NCBI GenBank assembly: GCA_027620445.1 | Contig: JAQBYG010000002.1 | Location: forward strand, 1,130 to 65,129 | Direction of reading: 5' to 3' | Origin: a bacterium | GTDB taxonomy: Bacteria > Patescibacteriota > Microgenomatia > UBA1400 > PJMF01 | DNA: 64,000 nucleotides | Notes under the pieces: generated by a model | Told to the model about the DNA's origin: nothing | Seen by the model: the letters and a program-made list of their open reading frames with translations, nothing else | Databases searched by the model: none | Program-made: the position numbers and the translations under genes | In this document: positions 56,630-64,000 of the stretch, in pieces | Layout: every line of letters begins with the position of its first letter | Position numbering within the stretch: position 1 is the stretch's first letter

Positions 56630-58882
56630 ATGTACAAAAATAAGTTCAAACTAGCAGCTCCATACTCTCCAGCTGGGGATCAGCCAACAGCGATCGCCCA
56701 CCTGGTCGATGGAGTATCAGAGCATCAAAAACACCAAGTTCTCCTCGGAGTCACTGGCTCGGGCAAAACCTACACCATGGCTAAGGTAATTGAGGAGTCG
56801 CAACTTCCAACGCTTGTCATTGCCCACAACAAAACCCTGGCGGCCCAACTATACCAAGAGTTCCGTGATTTTTTTCCCGAGAATGCTGTGAGCTACTTTG
56901 TGTCGTACTACGACTATTACCAACCGGAAGCCTACATTCCTTCCACCGATACGTATATTGAAAAAGAAGCAACGATCAACGACGAGATTGACAAACTTCG
57001 CCTGGCTACCACAACTAACTTGCTCACTCGCAGTGATGTTATTATCGTTTCTTCTGTTTCGGCGATCTATAATCTCGGCTCACCGTTGGAGTATGGGAGT
57101 CAAACACTGGAACTAATTGAGGGCGAACTTATCCCCCGAAAGTCACTCCTCCTCCAGCTCAGCAACCTGCAGTATGTCCGATCTGATGTCGAGCTAAAAA
57201 GAGGCGCCTACCGTGTGCATGGTGATACGATTCAGATCTGGCCAGCGTACGAGGGTACTGCACTCAAACTCGAGCTCGCTGGTGACACCATTGAGCACAT
57301 CCATTGGATTGACCCAATTACCGGAAGTAACACGACGCCAGAAAAACCAGTTACAGCAAATGAGTTTTCGCAAAATACTTCTGAGACCCGCAACAAACGA
57401 TTTACCATTTATCCTGCCAAACACTATCTGGCTGGCGTGCGTGATCAAACAGCTGCCATCAAGCAAATCGAACAAGACTTGGAACAGCAGGTGAGCGAGC
57501 TAAAACAGCAGGATAGATTGATTGAAGCCTATCGATTGCAACAAAAAGTTTCTTATGATCTAGACATGATAAAAGAGTTTGGTTTTACCAATGGCATAGA
57601 AAACTACTCGCGATACTTTGATGGCAGAAGTCCAGGACAACCACCGTACACACTTCTCGAATACTTTGCGGAAAATGCACGTCGCCAAAATATTCCCTCA
57701 TTCCTCACTTTTATTGACGAAAGTCACATCACACTGCCACAAATCTCTGGCATGCACCGGGGAGATCGTGTTCGCAAAGAGACGCTGATTAAGTATGGTT
57801 TTCGCTTACCAAGCGCACTCGACAACCGCCCACTCACTCAACCAGAATTTCAGGAGCGCACGCCGCAAAACATTTATGTTTCGGCTACACCAGGACCAAC
57901 TGAGCTCTCCCTAACTAACAACACAGTCGTTGAACAACTTGTTCGGCCAACTGGCCTGCTTGATCCAGTTATTCAGCTCAGACCGTCTGAAGGCCAAATC
58001 GAGAACCTAGTGCTAGAAATCCTCAGTAGAAAGCAGCGAGGTGAGCGAGTACTCGTCACTACACTAACGAAAAAAATGGCTGAGGCTTTGACAGAATTTC
58101 TCAACACACCGTCCAAAATACTGGGACTAGTAGCAACGCATAACAAAAAAGTGACGGAGCAATCTGCAGACACTCCTATCGTCCGCTACGACTCTGTTCC
58201 GCTCGAACACCTTGAGGTGGGTAAGATTAAAACGCATCTGCATTCGAGTACTCTGATTGGCGCACTGTCACCTTCGGATGAGAGTTTGCCAAAAGTCGCA
58301 TACTTGCACTCTGACATCGAAACGCTTGAGCGCTCCGACATTCTTGATGACCTACGGACCGGAGTGTATGACGTGCTAGTAGGAATTAATCTCTTGCGGG
58401 AGGGTCTCGATCTGCCAGAAGTTTCACTGGTGGCGATACTCGATGCGGACAAAGAAGGATTTCTGCGCTCTGTCACATCGCTCGTGCAAACCATGGGTCG
58501 GGCAGCACGACATGAACAGGGAAGTGTACTCCTCTACGCTGACAACATGACCAAATCTATGCTACAAGCCATAACCGAAACGACAAGAAGACGAGAATAC
58601 CAGATCGCCTTTAACAAAACACATCACATCACCCCGACTGGGATACAAAAACCCATCAAACAGCGTATGCTACCAAAACTTGTCCCAACCGGGAAAAAGC
58701 AAAAGGATGCGAAGACTGCTGCTGAGCACAGCGACGCATACTCGGTTCAAGATCTTGACTCACTCACTCCAGCGGATCGAAAAAAGTATGCGATTCATCT
58801 GCGCAAAAAAATGCAAATAGCAGTAAAAAATATGGCCTTTGAGCAAGCGGCAGAGATCCGCGACATACTGGCACAACTATGA
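56630..58882 (+). CDS. uvrB: Excinuclease ABC subunit B
   Basis: PAGDQP, GVTGSGKT, YYDYYQPEAY, DESH, GRAAR; carries an internal insertion. Confidence 0.97.
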   Translation: MYKNKFKLAAPYSPAGDQPTAIAHLVDGVSEHQKHQVLLGVTGSGKTYTMAKVIEESQLPTLVIAHNKTLAAQLYQEFRDFFPENAVSYFVSYYDYYQPEAYIPSTDTYIEKEATINDEIDKLRLATTTNLLTRSDVIIVSSVSAIYNLGSPLEYGSQTLELIEGELIPRKSLLLQLSNLQYVRSDVELKRGAYRVHGDTIQIWPAYEGTALKLELAGDTIEHIHWIDPITGSNTTPEKPVTANEFSQNTSETRNKRFTIYPAKHYLAGVRDQTAAIKQIEQDLEQQVSELKQQDRLIEAYRLQQKVSYDLDMIKEFGFTNGIENYSRYFDGRSPGQPPYTLLEYFAENARRQNIPSFLTFIDESHITLPQISGMHRGDRVRKETLIKYGFRLPSALDNRPLTQPEFQERTPQNIYVSATPGPTELSLTNNTVVEQLVRPTGLLDPVIQLRPSEGQIENLVLEILSRKQRGERVLVTTLTKKMAEALTEFLNTPSKILGLVATHNKKVTEQSADTPIVRYDSVPLEHLEVGKIKTHLHSSTLIGALSPSDESLPKVAYLHSDIETLERSDILDDLRTGVYDVLVGINLLREGLDLPEVSLVAILDADKEGFLRSVTSLVQTMGRAARHEQGSVLLYADNMTKSMLQAITETTRRREYQIAFNKTHHITPTGIQKPIKQRMLPKLVPTGKKQKDAKTAAEHSDAYSVQDLDSLTPADRKKYAIHLRKKMQIAVKNMAFEQAAEIRDILAQL

Positions 58883-61842
58883 ACAACACACCCGACTACA
58901 TAAAAATCACTGGTGCGCGCGAGCACAACTTGCAAAATATCTCGATTGATATTCCCAAAAATAAACTCGTCGTGTTTACCGGGCTTTCTGGCAGTGGCAA
59001 AAGCTCACTCGCATTCGACACGCTCTACGCCGAGGGGCAGAGACGCTACGTCGAAAGCCTCAGTTCGTATGCCCGCCAGTTCTTGGGCTTGATGCAAAAG
59101 CCAGACATAGATCATATTGAAGGCCTCTCACCTGCAATCTCAATTGATCAAAAGACAACTTCTCACAATCCGCGCTCAACCGTCGGGACAATTACCGAAA
59201 TTTATGATTACCTGCGACTTCTATTCGCCCGTGTCGGACACCCTCACTGTCATAACTGTGGTCGAGAAGTTTCCTCGCAGTCACTCGATCAGATTCTCGA
59301 GAGAATTCGATCTGAAATGGAACAGCGCTTTGCGAGCGGACAAGTTCGCTTCATGATCTTGGCACCACTGATCAAAAATCGCAAAGGTGAGTTCGCCGCT
59401 TTATTTCAAAACCTGCAACAACAAGGCTACTCCCGCGTCCGGATTGACGCAGAACTCTATTCGCTCGATGAAGATATTACACTCATCAAGACCAACAAAC
59501 ACTCAATTTCCGCTGTCGTAGATCGATTAACCTTCACGCGCCAACAAGCAAAATCAGCAGCCGAGAATAAAAGCTTCACCCAACGACTCTCGCAATCGGT
59601 AGACCAAGCACTGAAATTGTCGGACGGTGAAGTCATTGCCACTTTTATAGACGATGACTCGTTTGCGTTTCCTGAGAAACCAAAAGTCACCACAGACTTT
59701 CTCTTTTCGGAACAACGCGCCTGCGTTGAGTGTGGTATTTCCTTCGCAGAGCTCGAACCAAGGTTGTTTTCTTTTAACTCTCCGGAAGGTGCTTGTGGTA
59801 CCTGCAACGGCTTGGGAACGTTACTCAAAATCGACCAGGAAAAAATCATTGCACCATCACTTTCATTGAGTGAAGGGGCGATCATCCCATTTGCTCGGGT
59901 ACTCAGCAACGACTCATGGTGGTCAAGGTTGGTACGCGAAGTAGCAGAGCAGGGCGGCATCGACTTTCGCAAAACGACCTTCGAAAATATGACTGAGGAA
60001 CAACAACATCTATTGCTCCACGGCTCAGACAAAATATATACCGTTTCTGGGGAAAACAGATTTGGCAGCGAGACTGCTATCCAAGAAAAATTTGAAGGGT
60101 TTCTGACCAACCTTGAGCGACGTTACAGCGAAACAGACTCAGAGTACATCCGCAAAGAGATCAGTCAGTACATGCACAAAGAGGTCTGTCCGTCCTGTAA
60201 TGGCCAGCGACTCAAAAAGGAAGCACTGAGTGTTGAAATTGATCACAAACACATTGCCAGTGTTACCGCACTTCCAATTGATATCTGTCGCACTTGGATT
60301 GATTCGCTGGATGCGACTGTTTTCTCAGAGCAAGAACGAGTCATTGGTCAATCGATTGTTCGGGAGATCTCACTGCGACTCGAGTTTTTGCACGCAGTTG
60401 GCCTCAATTACCTCACTCTCGATCGAGAAGCGGCGACTCTGGCTGGAGGAGAAGCGCAGCGTATTCGACTCGCCTCACAGATCGGCACAGGGCTTACTGG
60501 TGTGCTGTATATTCTTGACGAACCAACTATCGGTTTGCATCAGCGAGACAACCAACGATTAATAGCAACGCTCAAAAATTTACAGGAAAAGGGTAACAGC
60601 GTCATCGTTGTCGAACACGATCGTGACGTCATGCTTGCCTCTGATCATATTTTTGACTTTGGTCCGGGCGCTGGCACTGCTGGTGGAAACATCATCGCAT
60701 CTGGTACGCCACAAGAGTTAATGGAAAACAAAAAATCGATTACAGGTCAATACCTCGCGCGAAAGAAGGATGTGGTTCGAAAAAAATCTGCACCTGAACG
60801 AAAAATTGTTGCTCTCGACCAGGACGACTCGACAGAACACATCAAAATTACTGGTGCCCAAAGACATAATCTGCAATCAGTTGATGTATCGTTTCCGCTT
60901 GAGAAGTTTTGCTGCATTACCGGCGTTTCAGGTTCAGGAAAATCAACCCTCTTGCACGATATTCTCTACTCAAATCTGATTAAACACCTCGGTCGCCAAT
61001 CTCAGGAACAAACCGGGGCAGTAGAGCAGATCATGATTCCAGATACAGTGCAGCGCGTTACCCTCATCGACCAAAGCCCGATCGGTAAAACGCCCCGCTC
61101 GAACCCTGCTACCTACACCAAGGCATTCGACAACATCCGTACGTTGTTTGCACAAACAAAAGATGCAGCCATCCGTGGGCTCAAACCAGGCAACTTTAGC
61201 TTTAATGTGCGAGGCGGACGATGCGAAAGCTGTCAGGGCGATGGACAGATCAAAATCGAGATGCAGTTCTTGCCAGATGTGTATGTCACCTGCGAGGTCT
61301 GTGATGGCAAACGCTACAACCAAGATACGCTTGAAATTCACTATAAAGGAAAAAACATTTCCGAAGTGCTCGACATGAGCATCACCGAAGCCAGCGTTTT
61401 CTTTCAGTCTCATTCTGGCATTGCGAGCAAACTCGATACGCTTTGTGATGTTGGACTCGGGTACCTTAAGCTCGGTCAACCAGCGCCGACACTTTCTGGG
61501 GGTGAAGCCCAACGGGTAAAACTGGCAAAAGAACTCTCGACCAGAAACCCCCACCATGTCGTGTACTTACTCGATGAGCCAACAACCGGACTACACTTCG
61601 CAGATATCCAAAAACTCTTGTACGTGCTCGATAAACTGGTGTCTCAGGGCAACTCTGTGATCGTCATCGAGCACAACCTTGATGTCATTAAAAATGCCGA
61701 CTGGCTCATTGATCTCGGTCCCGAAGGCGGCAGCGGTGGAGGCACAATTGTCGCAACTGGGACGCCAGAGCAGGTAAGTCAGAACAGCAAATCGTATACG
61801 GGACAGTTTCTCAAACAAGAGTTTCTCGAGCAAGCTCAGTAG
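58879..61842 (+). CDS. uvrA: Excinuclease ABC subunit A
   Basis: Two ABC ATPase modules ([24 protein letters not shown]) and Zn fingers. Confidence 0.97.
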   Translation: MNNTPDYIKITGAREHNLQNISIDIPKNKLVVFTGLSGSGKSSLAFDTLYAEGQRRYVESLSSYARQFLGLMQKPDIDHIEGLSPAISIDQKTTSHNPRSTVGTITEIYDYLRLLFARVGHPHCHNCGREVSSQSLDQILERIRSEMEQRFASGQVRFMILAPLIKNRKGEFAALFQNLQQQGYSRVRIDAELYSLDEDITLIKTNKHSISAVVDRLTFTRQQAKSAAENKSFTQRLSQSVDQALKLSDGEVIATFIDDDSFAFPEKPKVTTDFLFSEQRACVECGISFAELEPRLFSFNSPEGACGTCNGLGTLLKIDQEKIIAPSLSLSEGAIIPFARVLSNDSWWSRLVREVAEQGGIDFRKTTFENMTEEQQHLLLHGSDKIYTVSGENRFGSETAIQEKFEGFLTNLERRYSETDSEYIRKEISQYMHKEVCPSCNGQRLKKEALSVEIDHKHIASVTALPIDICRTWIDSLDATVFSEQERVIGQSIVREISLRLEFLHAVGLNYLTLDREAATLAGGEAQRIRLASQIGTGLTGVLYILDEPTIGLHQRDNQRLIATLKNLQEKGNSVIVVEHDRDVMLASDHIFDFGPGAGTAGGNIIASGTPQELMENKKSITGQYLARKKDVVRKKSAPERKIVALDQDDSTEHIKITGAQRHNLQSVDVSFPLEKFCCITGVSGSGKSTLLHDILYSNLIKHLGRQSQEQTGAVEQIMIPDTVQRVTLIDQSPIGKTPRSNPATYTKAFDNIRTLFAQTKDAAIRGLKPGNFSFNVRGGRCESCQGDGQIKIEMQFLPDVYVTCEVCDGKRYNQDTLEIHYKGKNISEVLDMSITEASVFFQSHSGIASKLDTLCDVGLGYLKLGQPAPTLSGGEAQRVKLAKELSTRNPHHVVYLLDEPTTGLHFADIQKLLYVLDKLVSQGNSVIVIEHNLDVIKNADWLIDLGPEGGSGGGTIVATGTPEQVSQNSKSYTGQFLKQEFLEQAQ

Positions 61843-61862
61843 TGCAGTACAATAAGACTCGT

Positions 61863-63722
61863 ATGTTTTTTCGCAGCGTGTTTGTGTTTTTTGTGGCAGT
61901 GCTCCTCTCGGTAAGAGTAGCTCAAGCTGTCGAGTCCGACCAACCGTTTGAGTCCAGCATTCACACTACTTACGCAGTTTCTCTAGCGGGTGAGACAACC
62001 ATTTCGCATGAGTTTTCTCTTAAAAATCTTACTGCTACCAGTTTTATTTCTCAGTACGCGCTCAAGAGCCCCTTGCAGAATCTCGAGCGGGTGAGTGCAA
62101 ATAGTAACGGAAAAGAGGTGAAAACTAGCATTGTCGAAACCGAAGATGGCACAACTATTTCGCTCGCATTTGACGACCAAGTAGTGGGAGAAAATAAAGT
62201 TAGAAAATTTACTATTTCGTATAGCTCAATCGACACTGCAATCATCTCGGGAAATGTGCTGGAGCTCTACGTCCCAAGCATCTCTGGAGATGAGCTCTAC
62301 AAAAAGCGAAGCGTGACTCTCAAAACCCCACTGCGCTTTGGTCGAGCTACCCGAGTCACTCCAGAACCAGAAGCGGTGAGCTTCACCGACACAACAGCTA
62401 TTACCAACTTTCCTGACCTCGGCAATCAGGGTGTTGTAGCACTGTTTGGTGATCGCCAATTTTACTCACTGACCTTGCGCTACAACCTAGAAAACACAAG
62501 CAACTCGCAGGGAATCGCGCAAGTTGCTCTCCCACCGGATACCCCGTACCAAAAAATGCAGTATCAATCACTCGATCCAGCGCCAAAAAAACTGCAAATC
62601 GATCAGGATGGTAACTGGATAGCTACCTATGAACTAACACCAAACTCAGCCCAAGCAATTTATCTCACAGCCCAAGTCCGAGTTGGACTCTGGCCATCCC
62701 CAGATGCTCCCCAAACACCAGTCTTACCAGAACACACGCGGTCACAGCGTTTTTGGGAGATTGATACTCACGCCATCTTAGACGTTGCCAAGACTCTCGA
62801 TACGCCCCAAACAATCTATGAGTACGTGGTCGACACACTAAACTATAACTTGCCAGAAAATACCAAAGAGCTCACGCGAAAAGGGGCGGTGGATGCACTG
62901 GGAAATCCTGACGATGCTGTCTGTCAAGAATTCACTGACACATTTATAGCGCTCGCTCGAGCAAAGAACATCCCTGCGCGCAGAGTAACCGGGTACGCCT
63001 ACAGCTCCAATAATGAGCTGAGACCCCTCAGTCTTGGGGCAGACATTCTCCATGCATGGGCAGAATTTTATAACGTCGAAACGAATCAGTGGCAGCAAGT
63101 CGACCCAACCTGGGGCGACACGACGGGTGGGGCAGATTACTTTTCTCAGTTTGACCTCAACCACATTGCCTTTGCGATAAATGGTGTATCGAGTACCACC
63201 CCGTATGCCGCCGGATCGTATAAGTCGGAGTCGTTCGAAAGCAAAGATGTGTCGGTCGAGCTAATAGATGCATTTGTCCCTACTGCCCCAGACCTCTCAC
63301 TTGCTCTAGAGCCGAGAAAGTTGTTTGGACTCTCAATCCCTGGACTGTACTCGGGTCAGATCACCAACAACACCGGGGAAGCCTGGTATGGACTCTCTGT
63401 CTCGCTGAGCACCAACAGCAGTGATGCCAAAACACACATGAGCGACCCCGCAGATAACCTCACCATTCTGCCGTTTCAAACTATTACACTGCCATTTCTT
63501 GTCGTGACAGATCAGGTACAATTGCCGCAGGAAGTGGAGTTGCATGTTCGCAGTACATTGAGCGAAGGATATGACAAAACCATCACCTTCCAAAAGGTAA
63601 AAACGGGCCTTCGCGCCTACCACTATTTTAATGAAACAATCATCGCCATTATCTTGGTCAGCTGTCTTACCCTCGGTACCCTTATCACCGGGAGTTTACT
63701 GGTTTTTAGACGACGCCGGTAA
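61863..63722 (+). CDS. Exported transglutaminase-like domain protein with C-terminal membrane anchor
   Basis: Signal peptide; triad VCQEF, HAWAE, DPTW; C-terminal TM helix followed by RRRR. Confidence 0.88.
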   Translation: MFFRSVFVFFVAVLLSVRVAQAVESDQPFESSIHTTYAVSLAGETTISHEFSLKNLTATSFISQYALKSPLQNLERVSANSNGKEVKTSIVETEDGTTISLAFDDQVVGENKVRKFTISYSSIDTAIISGNVLELYVPSISGDELYKKRSVTLKTPLRFGRATRVTPEPEAVSFTDTTAITNFPDLGNQGVVALFGDRQFYSLTLRYNLENTSNSQGIAQVALPPDTPYQKMQYQSLDPAPKKLQIDQDGNWIATYELTPNSAQAIYLTAQVRVGLWPSPDAPQTPVLPEHTRSQRFWEIDTHAILDVAKTLDTPQTIYEYVVDTLNYNLPENTKELTRKGAVDALGNPDDAVCQEFTDTFIALARAKNIPARRVTGYAYSSNNELRPLSLGADILHAWAEFYNVETNQWQQVDPTWGDTTGGADYFSQFDLNHIAFAINGVSSTTPYAAGSYKSESFESKDVSVELIDAFVPTAPDLSLALEPRKLFGLSIPGLYSGQITNNTGEAWYGLSVSLSTNSSDAKTHMSDPADNLTILPFQTITLPFLVVTDQVQLPQEVELHVRSTLSEGYDKTITFQKVKTGLRAYHYFNETIIAIILVSCLTLGTLITGSLLVFRRRR

Positions 63723-64000
63723 AGTTCTCTACGTTGGTAAAGCAATCCGACTAAGAACTCGATTGCGTTCGTACACACAACTCTCAAAACTCTCCGACCG
63801 CATCCACACTCTCTCCACAACTGCGACAACGGTACGCTGGTTGGAACTGGGAAACGAACTCGAAGCGCTCCTCACCGAAGCAGAGCTCATCGGCACCTAC
63901 CAACCACCATTTAACATTTTGCTCAAAGATGACAAAAGTCCTCTGTATATCTACATTTCAAAAGACGCATTTGCCACTATCACCACATTGAGAAAACGAG
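63631..64000 (+). CDS. uvrC: Excinuclease ABC subunit C-like GIY-YIG protein (5' part, truncated by the window)
   Basis: PGVYWFLD..GKVLYVGKA..LR.RL.SY, EALLTEAELI, PPFNILLKDDKS. Not in the ORF track. Confidence 0.9.
   Translation, partial: MKQSSPLSWSAVLPSVPLSPGVYWFLDDAGKVLYVGKAIRLRTRLRSYTQLSKLSDRIHTLSTTATTVRWLELGNELEALLTEAELIGTYQPPFNILLKDDKSPLYIYISKDAFATITTLRKR

Noticed and set aside
58103-58291. Intein in UvrB
   Set aside because: Too short, with no N-terminal Cys/Ser and no His-Asn followed by Cys/Ser/Thr at the end.
59457-60110. Long antisense ORFs (also 14434..15090 and 60970..61557)
   Set aside because: They are shadow frames of well-supported genes with no motifs of their own.

Overview
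Gene-dense bacterial chromosomal window in genetic code 11. Gene content (GT-C glycosyltransferase cluster, Elp3, archaeal-type CoA enzymes, CCA-less tRNAs, many apparently leaderless genes) suggests Patescibacteria/CPR, probably Microgenomates; this is an inference. It holds about 65 CDS (glycolysis/sugar-phosphate genes, glmS, efp, lexA, uvrBAC, rarA, recQ, mutY-like, MFS transporters, surface glycosyltransferases), 12 tRNAs and 2 disrupted genes. No CRISPR array, rRNA, transposase or integrase was seen. Best leads: (1) a VKOR domain fused to a class-2 dihydroorotate-dehydrogenase-like flavoprotein with a remodelled substrate pocket, a candidate self-contained electron sink for disulfide bond formation; (2) an Asn-specific transcriptional T-box with an ultrashort Stem I that paradoxically controls a short-chain asparaginase; (3) Elp3 head-to-head with a Trm9-like methyltransferase, suggesting mcm5U34-type wobble modification; (4) a glmS ribozyme with extra core hairpins and an orphan Shine-Dalgarno upstream of its cleavage site; (5) a repeated junction motif behind tRNA-Gln and tRNA-Lys that suggests cassette-like gene capture; (6) two enolases with different active-site substitutions, one next to a degenerate PEP synthase; (7) an unannotated 26-aa histone H1-like peptide and two orphan sRNA candidates. 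All calls come from manual reading; no searches or folding programs were run.
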